NCBI GenBank assembly: GCA_039208735.1
Contig: JBCCQY010000052.1
Location: 1-53,674, forward strand
Reading direction: 5' to 3'
Source: Myxococcota bacterium
Lineage (GTDB): Bacteria; Myxococcota_A; UBA796; GCA-2862545
DNA length: 53,674 nucleotides
The first letter of the stretch is position 1. Each line of letters begins with the position of its first letter. Below the pieces are notes generated by a model. It did not search any database. It was given only the letters and a program-made list of their open reading frames with translations, and had not been told where the DNA came from. The translations under genes and the position numbers were made by a program. This document shows, piece by piece, positions 11,814 through 20,513 of this stretch.

Positions 11814-12715
11814 TCCCGATTCGTCCTCCTCTCGCCATGGCATTGGCCCTGTTCATCCCTGGAGCCGGTCACCTGTACGCCGGCTGGCCGCGCCACGCGC
11901 TGCTGCTCGCCGTATCGGTACCCAGCGTGCTCCTCATGCTTTCGGTGGCCACCGCGCTCGAGATGCTTTCGATCTCGTTGTTCGTTCCTCTGGTGTGCCT
12001 CATTCCTTCGGCGCTCCAGATCGGCGCCGCCGTGGATGCGGGTCGGAAGGCTCGCACGCCCATCCTCGCGCCCAACCGGATCTCGAACCGCGCGTTCGTG
12101 GTGGTTTTTGCCTTAGTCAGCCTGGCCGCCACCCTGTTCACGAGCATCGGCATCGAGCGGACGACGCTGTCCGCCCGCCGCATGTCATCCGCCACCATGA
12201 CGCCCAATCTCCTCGTAGGCGACTACGTCATTCTGCGGCGACCGTGGTTCATGTCGACGCCCGCACCTGGTGACATCCTGGAATTCCGGTTCCCGCGTGA
12301 CCGACGCTTCACATACCTACAGCGCGTGCTCGCAGTGGGTGGACAGACCCTGCAATTCGACGGCACGCCACCAGTGATCGACGACGTGGCTGGCGCATGG
12401 ACCGAGGAAAGGGCGGTCGATTGGCTCGCCGCCGACTGTGCGTTGCAACCGGGCGAACAAGTGGTCGAGCGGCTCGAAACCGCCGCTTACTCGGTTCTTC
12501 TTCCCACCGAGCCCGAGGTCGGCGTCGATCTTTCCGTCCCCGACAGCACCGTCTACGTGGTCAACGACAACCGCCGATATCGCGGAGATTCGCGGAAGTT
12601 TGGCCCGGTGGAACGTTCGGAAGTGTCCGGTCAAGTGTTGGGCATTGGGTTTTCGTGGGACGCTTGCGCGGGGTCGGTCCGGCTCGACCGTGTTGGGGCT
12701 CTGGCAAACCCGTAG
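11810..12715 (+). CDS. signal peptidase I (S26) homolog with multi-TM N-terminus and degenerate active site
   Basis: IPGAGHLY TM N-terminus, then SATMTPNLLVGD, PGDILEFRFP, YLQRV and DNRRYRGDSR. ATGA overlap with the upstream gene. Confidence 0.8.
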   Translation: MIPIRPPLAMALALFIPGAGHLYAGWPRHALLLAVSVPSVLLMLSVATALEMLSISLFVPLVCLIPSALQIGAAVDAGRKARTPILAPNRISNRAFVVVFALVSLAATLFTSIGIERTTLSARRMSSATMTPNLLVGDYVILRRPWFMSTPAPGDILEFRFPRDRRFTYLQRVLAVGGQTLQFDGTPPVIDDVAGAWTEERAVDWLAADCALQPGEQVVERLETAAYSVLLPTEPEVGVDLSVPDSTVYVVNDNRRYRGDSRKFGPVERSEVSGQVLGIGFSWDACAGSVRLDRVGALANP

Positions 12716-12791
12716 ATCCCATCGCAGCAGGTCAAGGCCCGCGTCACCGCGTCGATGAGGGATCCGACTGGACCAGATCGGGAACCTCGAC

Positions 12792-15299
12792 ATGCCGAAC
12801 GACACGCAAGGCCCGGACGGCAGCGCCGGCTCGAACGCGCCGCGTACCCAGGCGCCGCACCACATGCGCTACGAGGCGCTTTGGCGATCGCTTTGGGCGG
12901 TACACGTCGACGAAACCCGACAGGTTGCCGAGATCAGCCCAGCCTTGGCCGAGGAACTGGGGTTTACCGGCGCTCAGCTTGTGGGAAGGCCTTTTGCCAC
13001 CTTGCTCGCGCCCGACGACGCGAGCCTCACCGCAGACACCTGGCCTCCAAAGGACGACCAGGAACACCGGATGGTCTTGATTTCAGGCACCCGGGAACGG
13101 GTCGCCATCTGGGTGCGCTGCCTGTCGCTGTCGGATCCAGAACAAGTCTTGTTGGTGGCCCGACCCGCCGAGGCCGGTGTGGCCCCCCAACTCACGCCCC
13201 TCCCCGGCCCCCAAACCTCCGGACCGCGCATCACGCCTGGCCTGCCCCCGGAGCGAGAGGTCACCCCCGTTCCCCCCGGAACCCTGGACGAGCCGGACCT
13301 CATCGAGCCGGCCCCGGAGCCCGAAGCTCTCGAGTCTGCGCCCGAACCTGATGTCCTTGAGCCCGTGCCAGAGCCCGAGGTCATTGAGCCAGCGCCGGAG
13401 CCTGAAGCGTTCGAACCCGAGCCCATCGAGCCAGAGCCCGAAGCCTTGGAGCCTGAATCCGAGATCATCGAACCGGTTGCGTTCGAGCCCGAAAGCGAAG
13501 TCATCGAGCCCGAGATCATCGAGCCTGAAAGCGAAGTCATCGAGCCCGAGATCATCGAGCCCGAACCCGACGTCATGGAACCAGAGCCCGAAATCATCGA
13601 GCCCGAACCGAAAGCCTTCGAGAGCGCCGAAGGTTCAGCGGTTCCGGAGCCGGTGGCCTTGGGTGCGCAGGACACCGACGTCATCGAGGCTGAGCCTCAG
13701 CAAATCGAGACCGCGCCCGAAGCGGAGCCAGCCGACGAGCCCGAACTCATCGAGTCGCCCCCTCCGTCGACCTCCTCGGTCACGCCGGTGCCCGTGGCTC
13801 GACCGACCCCGTTGCCTCCCCCTCGGTCCCACGATCCGTGGCGTTCGGTGGCGGATGGCCTCGCTGCCATTCGATACCAGCTTGATGGACGATTCATCTC
13901 GGCCACCCCCGCGGTCCATCGCCTGTTGCATGTACCGGTGGGTCTGCCCCTCGGCGACTACCTCGACATCGGCTTCATCGAACGACTGGTCGCCGAACGC
14001 CCGGCCACGTTGTCGCCCCACCAACGCACGCTCTCGAACGCGGGCGGTGAACCCGTGGCCGTGATCGGTCAACTTGTGCCCTTGCGTGGGGTGATGGGCG
14101 AAGTCGTTGGGTGGTGCGAGGTCCTCGTGGACCGTTCGGGAGAAGCCGAGCGGCAGCGCACTTCGGAAGAGCAAGGCTACATGGCCGAACACGCGGACGA
14201 AGCCCTTATCTTTGCAGATGCGAAGGGGATCATTCGAAGGGTGAACCCCGCTTTCGAACGCCTCGCGGCGCAGCTCGGCAGTCTCATGCCGGTGCCAGCC
14301 TGCGCCTGGATTGGGCAACCGCTCGAGCCTTGGTGCGAGTCGTTCAGCGAACACGGGCATGTTCAAGTTCGACCTGTGGGCACCAACGTCCTACGGAGTC
14401 GGGTCTCACGATTCGCCTCGGCTGACGGGCCGGATAGCGGCATTGTCGTGTCGATCCGCAACCTCACCGAACGCGAAAAGACCCGGACGTCCCTGGACGA
14501 GCAATTGGACCAGTTCCACAAGGCTACCCAGGAACTCGACAACGTCACGACGCAGAGCCGTGAGGCGAGCACCCACATCGAGCGCGACACGCGCGTGGTG
14601 GCGGGCAAGTCGGTGGATGTCGTGGCCCGGGTGCGCTCGGTCGCCGAGAACGCGGGCCAGATGACCGCGACCGTCAAGGAAATTGCGCGGAATGCCACCG
14701 AAGCCGCGCGCATTGCAGGGGAAGGGGTAGAAGCCGCCTCTCAGACGGAAGCGACGGTGGCCCAGCTGGGCGAAAGTTCCGAAGAGATCGGCAACGTGAT
14801 CAAGGTGATCACGTCCATCGCCCAACAGACCAACTTGCTTGCTCTCAACGCCACTATTGAAGCGGCACGAGCGGGAGAGTCTGGCAAGGGCTTCGCGGTC
14901 GTGGCGAACGAAGTCAAGGAACTTGCGAAGCAAACCGCGAATGCCACCGAGGACATTGGTCGACGGGTGGTCGCCATCCAGGAAGACACGCATCGCGCGG
15001 TCGACGCCATCGAACGCATCGACCAACTCATCCGACGGATCTCGGAGTACCAGACCACCATTGCGAGTGCCGTCGAGGAGCAGGCCATCACCATCGATGC
15101 CATTGCGAAGAACGCAAGCGATGCTGCAGGCGATAGTCAAGCCATTGCCGATGGGGTCCGTGGCATGAACCGTGCGATGTCCACCCAAAGCGAGCACGAA
15201 GAGGCGGTGGGTGGGTTGACGATGCAGCTCATCGGTCTCGTCGACAACGTGAAGGGGCTGCTCACCTCATGGTCGGAGTCGGCACACCACGTCGATTGA
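12792..15299 (+). CDS. cytoplasmic methyl-accepting chemotaxis protein with PAS-like domains and a Pro/Glu-rich linker
   Basis: MCP hairpin [40 protein letters not shown]-like [18 protein letters not shown]; no TM segment seen. Confidence 0.9.
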   Translation: MPNDTQGPDGSAGSNAPRTQAPHHMRYEALWRSLWAVHVDETRQVAEISPALAEELGFTGAQLVGRPFATLLAPDDASLTADTWPPKDDQEHRMVLISGTRERVAIWVRCLSLSDPEQVLLVARPAEAGVAPQLTPLPGPQTSGPRITPGLPPEREVTPVPPGTLDEPDLIEPAPEPEALESAPEPDVLEPVPEPEVIEPAPEPEAFEPEPIEPEPEALEPESEIIEPVAFEPESEVIEPEIIEPESEVIEPEIIEPEPDVMEPEPEIIEPEPKAFESAEGSAVPEPVALGAQDTDVIEAEPQQIETAPEAEPADEPELIESPPPSTSSVTPVPVARPTPLPPPRSHDPWRSVADGLAAIRYQLDGRFISATPAVHRLLHVPVGLPLGDYLDIGFIERLVAERPATLSPHQRTLSNAGGEPVAVIGQLVPLRGVMGEVVGWCEVLVDRSGEAERQRTSEEQGYMAEHADEALIFADAKGIIRRVNPAFERLAAQLGSLMPVPACAWIGQPLEPWCESFSEHGHVQVRPVGTNVLRSRVSRFASADGPDSGIVVSIRNLTEREKTRTSLDEQLDQFHKATQELDNVTTQSREASTHIERDTRVVAGKSVDVVARVRSVAENAGQMTATVKEIARNATEAARIAGEGVEAASQTEATVAQLGESSEEIGNVIKVITSIAQQTNLLALNATIEAARAGESGKGFAVVANEVKELAKQTANATEDIGRRVVAIQEDTHRAVDAIERIDQLIRRISEYQTTIASAVEEQAITIDAIAKNASDAAGDSQAIADGVRGMNRAMSTQSEHEEAVGGLTMQLIGLVDNVKGLLTSWSESAHHVD
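13299..13756 (+). repeat. coding low-complexity (I/V)IEPEPE repeats, including a 36-bp tandem duplication (13485-13520 and 13521-13556)
   Basis: GAGCC(C/T)GAAAGCGAAGTCATCGAGCCCGAGATCATC occurs twice with one mismatch, among many ATCGAGCC units. Confidence 0.9.
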
Positions 15300-15367
15300 G
15301 CGATGTTCGCGTAAGTGCCATCGAGGGGATTCCGTGACATAAGGAGTCCGCTCGGAGGCAATGCGGG

Positions 15368-16522
15368 ATGTCCACTGACCGACCGGAAGACGGCCAGAAT
15401 CGGCGGACGGTGATTCGGGATTGGGGGGCCGAGGCGGAGGTAAGTCTCGATCCGTTACACGATTCCAAACCCAGGCTTCCGGCTGCCTTTGTCGGACGGC
15501 GACGCTTCTCACTGAAACCCGCTGACGAACCGCCCCCCGAAGAGGATCCGATCGAGCGTGCTCGAGGCTGGGAGCCCGTCGAGGAGGAAAGCGAACGCGA
15601 GACGATCGAACGTCCGTATGTCGTCGAAGAGAGTGGCCGCATCGATGAGGTGCCGCCAAGCCCCGAGTTGCCCCGGCTGCCCGTGGCCGGGGCGCTGCCT
15701 GTGGCGGACGGACTTGAGCTTCCCCCACCGCCCGAATTCGGTTGGCCGACCGAAACTCCTGCGATGCCCCACCCTCCTTATGCTGAAGGGGCGGATGCCT
15801 CGCTTGAGGGGGCTCAAGCGGCAGATGAAGAGGACTCGGCGGTCGTGGAGTTTAGCACGTCCATCCCTCCGCCACCCGACGACGACGTCCTTGGCCACAC
15901 GCTCGCCCCACGCGAGACGTCGGACTTCATGCTCAAGGGGTGGCCCGAGCCGCCCGACCCACCGCCTGCCGATCCCCGGCCCTCGCTCGACCAGGCGGAT
16001 CGGTTTCCCCTCCGCATGCGTCCTGGTGGTGCGGCCATGCGCAGTACGCCAGGGTCACTGTTGACCCAGCAGCCCGTGCCGAGCCCGTTCCGCCAACCGC
16101 AGGCCAACGCCGACGCGGAAACGATGGATCGCGCTGTACTTCCCGGAGTGGAAGCAGTCCCAAAGCCTGCGGTCGACGATACCAAGCGGCGGGAATTCTA
16201 CGTCCCCCCTGCCAAGACCGTGCTCGAATCGACCGGCCCCCCCGCGCTCGCTCGTCAGGCCGAGCCTGCTCCAGAGCCACTCAGTGTTCATTCGAAGGAG
16301 GGCTGGCCCAAAGCCTCGGGCATCGACTTTTCGCGGCCCGCTCCGCTCGACTTTGATCCGGAGCCCTCGGTCGACATTGACGCGGATGCCCTCGAAGCGT
16401 TGCCCAAGCGGCGGTCCATGCCTGGCACCACCACGCTCGCCGCCATCGGATGCTTCGTGGCGTTCGTGGTGTTGGGTGGGCTGGGCGCCCTGGGCCTCGC
16501 CATCGCGCTTTGGGCAGTCTGA
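15368..16522 (+). CDS. Pro/acidic-rich disordered protein with a C-terminal membrane anchor
   Basis: Low-complexity P/E/D sequence ending in one hydrophobic helix at the extreme C-terminus. Confidence 0.7.
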   Translation: MSTDRPEDGQNRRTVIRDWGAEAEVSLDPLHDSKPRLPAAFVGRRRFSLKPADEPPPEEDPIERARGWEPVEEESERETIERPYVVEESGRIDEVPPSPELPRLPVAGALPVADGLELPPPPEFGWPTETPAMPHPPYAEGADASLEGAQAADEEDSAVVEFSTSIPPPPDDDVLGHTLAPRETSDFMLKGWPEPPDPPPADPRPSLDQADRFPLRMRPGGAAMRSTPGSLLTQQPVPSPFRQPQANADAETMDRAVLPGVEAVPKPAVDDTKRREFYVPPAKTVLESTGPPALARQAEPAPEPLSVHSKEGWPKASGIDFSRPAPLDFDPEPSVDIDADALEALPKRRSMPGTTTLAAIGCFVAFVVLGGLGALGLAIALWAV

Positions 16523-16739
16523 GAGTCCCGTGGGCCGTGACCCCAAAGGGGGCCACCCCACAGCGACCTTCGGAGAGAGAGACGCGAAGCTCACGAAAGC
16601 GCAGGCTTCAGCTCAATGTGCTGCAACACGTGTGCCAAGGCCCATGATTCAATCGCCGAGCGGATCGTGGGGGGCACGACGAAGCCATGGAGTTCAGATC
16701 TGCGACACGGATGTCGGTCACGAAGGTAGGTCGGTGAGC

Positions 16740-17363
16740 ATGACGACCACGCTTGATGTCTTCGCCTACGGCTCGCTCATGTCGGAACCAGCGGCTCCCG
16801 ATCACCTCGTGGGCCGTTCCACGGCGGTGCTTTTGGGATGGCGTCGCGTCTTCCAGCAACTCTCGCGCACCCGAGGCTGTCCCGCAGATGCCGCTCCCCC
16901 AGGGGAGCCAGCGATTTCGGGATTCATTGGCGACCATGGAGTACGATTCTCATTGGCCTTGGGGCTGGTGGAGGATCCGGAAAGCGAGGTCGTGGGGGTG
17001 TGCCTGCACTACGATCTCGCCCACCAAGACGCGGTCATGTCCGAGCTTCAACGTCGGGAAGGGCCCGGTTATGAGGCGCGGAAACTCCAGGTCAACGCGA
17101 TCGCCGATGCAGGCGTGCCCTGGACTGCGTGGACCTGGGTGAGTCGGATCGGCCATCCTCGTGTCCTCGACCTGTCGATCGCCGAGCAAGCGAAGGTCCT
17201 TCGAGCCGGCACCCCCACCCGCGACATCGATGGCCGGGCCCGAGGCGTGCACTACCTCTACGACGTCGTCGAGGCCCTCGACGAGCTTGGCATGCCCGAC
17301 CCGAACCTCGCCGAACTCGTGGATCGTTGTCGAGGTGGAGATGAGCCGTTGCCGCCTGGGTGA
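16740..17363 (+). CDS. ChaC-like gamma-glutamylcyclotransferase
   Basis: VFAYGSLM, LLGWRRVF, RGCP, LALGL, ELQRREG and HYLYDVVEAL. ATG at 16740 is in frame with ORF 16284-17363. Confidence 0.8.
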   Translation: MTTTLDVFAYGSLMSEPAAPDHLVGRSTAVLLGWRRVFQQLSRTRGCPADAAPPGEPAISGFIGDHGVRFSLALGLVEDPESEVVGVCLHYDLAHQDAVMSELQRREGPGYEARKLQVNAIADAGVPWTAWTWVSRIGHPRVLDLSIAEQAKVLRAGTPTRDIDGRARGVHYLYDVVEALDELGMPDPNLAELVDRCRGGDEPLPPG

Positions 17364-17442
17364 GGGTTGGTTACCCCAGACGGGTCGGAACGAGGACGTC
17401 AGCGCACGATGCGATCTGAAGGTCCTTGATTTGGCAGATTGT

Positions 17443-17516
17443 TCCCGCTTAGCTCAGTTGGTTAGAGCATCGGACTGTTAATCCGAGTGTCGCTGGTTCG
17501 AGTCCAGCAGCGGGAG
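17443..17516 (+). tRNA. tRNA-Asn (GTT), CCA not encoded
   Basis: Acceptor stem TCCCGCT/AGCGGGA plus discriminator G; D-arm AGCTCAGTTGGTTAGAGC; anticodon arm TCGGA-CTGTTAA-TCCGA; T-arm GCTGG-TTCGAGT-CCAGC. Confidence 0.97.
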
Positions 17517-17614
17517 CTTCTTCGCTTCGCAGAGCGAAGGGGAAAGCGAGCGGTGCTGAATGGGCGAAAGCTCCGGGGATGAGGCCGCTAGGCCGAATCG
17601 CGGGAGAACGTACG

Positions 17615-17632
17615 GTCCAGCAGCGGGAGCCA
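17615..17632 (+). repeat. direct repeat of the tRNA-Asn 3' end (att-like), carrying CCA
   Basis: GTCCAGCAGCGGGAGC is identical at 17502-17517 and 17615-17630; the second copy continues CA, giving GCCA. Confidence 0.85.
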
Positions 17633-18090
17633 CTCTTCACCGGGCAAGAACCGCTTAGCGGGGTCGGGCCCGTCGTCGTTTCCTCGGCCTTCACGGTCGC
17701 GGGGGCCGATGGCGACGCCGTTGTGGGTGACCTGGGCGAGGTAGCGGCTGGCGTAGCGGCCATCGTACAGCTCGACGTCGACGCGGTCGGGGTTCCGACG
17801 AGAAGGCCCATGACACCGACGAAGCCGCTGACTGCCGGGGTCCGAGGATGGTCAGCCAGGCGAGGCCGGCGAGGAGGCTCGGGGGCAGGACCATGATCGC
17901 GCCATTGTCTCCACCGAGCGACTCGACTGTCGTGAAGGAACGACAACCCCTACCCAGACGTCGTCGGCCCGCAGTCTCGACGTCGTGATCCGTGGTGCTT
18001 AATCGCGATTAAACCAGGTTTGCCCAACGACGGCACTGCGCTACCCGAAGTGCACACTCACGCGAAGGAGCGGCATGCTCGGGTTCAGCA

Positions 18091-19908
18091 ATGGCACCAA
18101 GTTTCGGATGTTCACTCGACCCGTCCCAGCGGTTGCACTGCTTTGCTTCGTTGCTGCATGCGGGAGCGGTGAAGCGATCGACGACCCCGAACGGGATTCC
18201 CGAGTCGTGTGGTGACGGCGTGATCGATGAAGGCGAGGAATGCGACGATCGCGGTGAGAGTGCGTCCTGCGACGACGACTGCACGTTCCCCGAGTGCGGA
18301 GACGGCGTGTTGAACGCGAGCGCCGGAGAAGCCTGTGACGATGGTGGAAACTCGCCCGCCTGTGACGAGGACTGCACGTTGGCCGAGTGCGGGGATGGCC
18401 TCGCCAATCCGGCCGCCGGGGAGGACTGCGACGATACCGAAGCGTCGGCGACCTGCGACGATGACTGCACCGTGCCCGAATGTGGTGACGGCACGCTCAA
18501 CCTGCTCGCAGGAGAAACCTGCGAGGACGGCAATCAGCTGAGCGGCGATGGTTGCTCCTCGCTGTGTGCCTTGCCGGTCGACGTGAACGACGACGCAGCG
18601 GACATCACGTTCGACTTCCCCTCCCCCGTCTTCGAGAGCGCAGCGGTGTCGGGCGACTTCAACGGCGACGGGTTCGACGACGTATTGCTGGGCGACTTGG
18701 GGAACGACGATGGCGGGGCCAGTTCGGGCGCCGCGTTCATCTTCTTCGGGTCGGCCAACCCGGGCACAGAACTCACGGACTCGGACGCCGACGTCAAGCT
18801 CGTGGGCGAGGAGTCCGGTGACAGTGCCGGCGCGCGCGTCGCGAGCGCAGGAGACTTCAACGGCGACGGAATCGACGACATTCTCGTCGGGGCGCCCCAC
18901 AACGACTCTGGAGGAACCGAATCGGGAATCGCCTACCTCATCAACGGTGACCCCTCGTTGTCGGGCACGATCGACCTCGCGAACGCGACCGCACGCTTCG
19001 TCGGAGAGGAAGCGAGCGATCGGTTGAACGAAGTTGCGAGCGCGGGCGACTTCGACGGCGACGGCTTCGATGACATCGCCATCGGTAGCCAAAGGCACGG
19101 GGCTGTGGCGGGTGCGGTGTACGTCCTGTACGGGGGCAATTCGCTCACGGGTACGCTCGACATCGTCAACGCCAATCTCGAAGTCGTCGGCGAAGCCTCC
19201 AACGACTTCGCAGGCAGGGTGAGCAGCGCGGGCGACGTCAATGGTGACGGTGTCGACGACCTGCTCATCGGGGCGAGCGGCAACGACGAGGGCGGCAGCG
19301 GCGCTGGAGCAGCCTACATGATCTTCGGATCGACGACCCGGTTGACGGGAACCCTGGACCTCGCGGACGCCGACCTCAAACTCGTGGGTCAAGCCAACGC
19401 TGATTTCACCGGAGTCTCGGTGGCCGCCGCGGGAGATGTGGACGCCGATGGTTTCGACGACATCTTGGTCGGCGCATCGGGCACCGACAAGGGAGACGAG
19501 GACGATGCCGGCACGGCGTACCTCGTGTACGGGTCCGCCAACCTCAACGGAACCATCAACTTCTTCAAGGGCGACACCAAGCTTCTCGGCGAGAACGCGA
19601 ACGACAGTGCCGGCCGGTTCGTCGGGGGGGCCGGCGACGTGAACGGAGATGGCTTCGACGACATACTGGTCGCGGCGCCGGGCAACGACCAAGCCGCCTC
19701 GAACGGGTCGGCCGTGTACCTGCTACACGGTCCGGTCGCGCGAGGCACGCTTCAGCTCGCGGACGCGGACGTCAAGTTCGTCGGCAGCATCTTCAGCCTC
19801 GCGAGGAACTTCATCGCCGGGGGGGGCGACATCAATGGCGACGGGTTCGACGACATCGCCGTAGGCTTCGCAACGTCCGACGCCCGGGTCTTCCTCGGTC
19901 AACCCTGA
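18091..19908 (+). CDS. Cys-rich myxobacterial repeat + 7x FG-GAP/integrin-alpha propeller protein, probably 5'-truncated
   Basis: Four CGDG...E.CDD...C..DC repeats, then seven GD(F/V/I)(N/D)xDGxDD blades. No signal peptide; recognisable sequence starts near 18200. Confidence 0.85.
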   Translation: MAPSFGCSLDPSQRLHCFASLLHAGAVKRSTTPNGIPESCGDGVIDEGEECDDRGESASCDDDCTFPECGDGVLNASAGEACDDGGNSPACDEDCTLAECGDGLANPAAGEDCDDTEASATCDDDCTVPECGDGTLNLLAGETCEDGNQLSGDGCSSLCALPVDVNDDAADITFDFPSPVFESAAVSGDFNGDGFDDVLLGDLGNDDGGASSGAAFIFFGSANPGTELTDSDADVKLVGEESGDSAGARVASAGDFNGDGIDDILVGAPHNDSGGTESGIAYLINGDPSLSGTIDLANATARFVGEEASDRLNEVASAGDFDGDGFDDIAIGSQRHGAVAGAVYVLYGGNSLTGTLDIVNANLEVVGEASNDFAGRVSSAGDVNGDGVDDLLIGASGNDEGGSGAGAAYMIFGSTTRLTGTLDLADADLKLVGQANADFTGVSVAAAGDVDADGFDDILVGASGTDKGDEDDAGTAYLVYGSANLNGTINFFKGDTKLLGENANDSAGRFVGGAGDVNGDGFDDILVAAPGNDQAASNGSAVYLLHGPVARGTLQLADADVKFVGSIFSLARNFIAGGGDINGDGFDDIAVGFATSDARVFLGQP

Positions 19909-20030
19909 CCGTCGGCGCTCTCGGGCCGCCCGAGGAGGGCAGCCCGGTGAGACGCGACCAACTCGCCCAAGGCCTTCATGACGAGCCGAACGCTCGGGCT
20001 GCGCCGAAGGTCGGGATGGGTGAGCCGATG
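19899..20030 (-). pseudogene. C-terminal remnant of a LysR-family regulator
   Basis: LTHPDLRRSPSVRLVMKALGELV is a typical LysR C-terminus, with no recognisable upstream domain. Confidence 0.5.
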
Positions 20031-20513
20031 AGCTGGCGCTCCCTCTGGCCGCGACGGCGGCGCCTGGGGGTGACTCGGGACGCGAGACGGTCCGGATACG
20101 CCGCCCTGGCTGGGGAGGTCGAAGGGCTCGAGCAGCTGGCGGGAGACCCTTCGGTGGCGAACATCGCGCGGCACGGCGTCGTGTACGGGCGAGCAGCAAC
20201 GAGGCGTCGTTCCTCGGCGATGCGGCGGATGCCCACCCGAGCGCTCGTGTCCCCCGATGATGGGCGAGTCCAATATCCTTTCGAGAAGGTCAGCCACGGG
20301 AGCGTCATGCCCAGCCGCCGGCATCTCCGGGACGCTCGGGCCGCGTCCGTCGCTGCGGTGGATCTCCTGGTCGTCGAGCAGGAACACGAGGCCCGCACCG
20401 CCTGCAGGGACCGAGTTCGTGTCGCGTTCCCTTCGAGGTCATTGCCCCAACGTAATCGTGATGAGATGGTGCCCTCGCCGCACCGTACGGTAGCGTACCC
20501 GCGAGGGGGAACC

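Noticed and set aside
13299..13756. Tandem repeats as a possible CRISPR array
   Set aside because: In-frame coding repeats with no unique spacers and no cas genes; no CRISPR array was seen anywhere in the window.
17640..17946. Short minus-strand ORFs after the tRNA as an integrase or excisionase
   Set aside because: No tyrosine or serine recombinase motifs; at most frameshifted scraps of a membrane protein.
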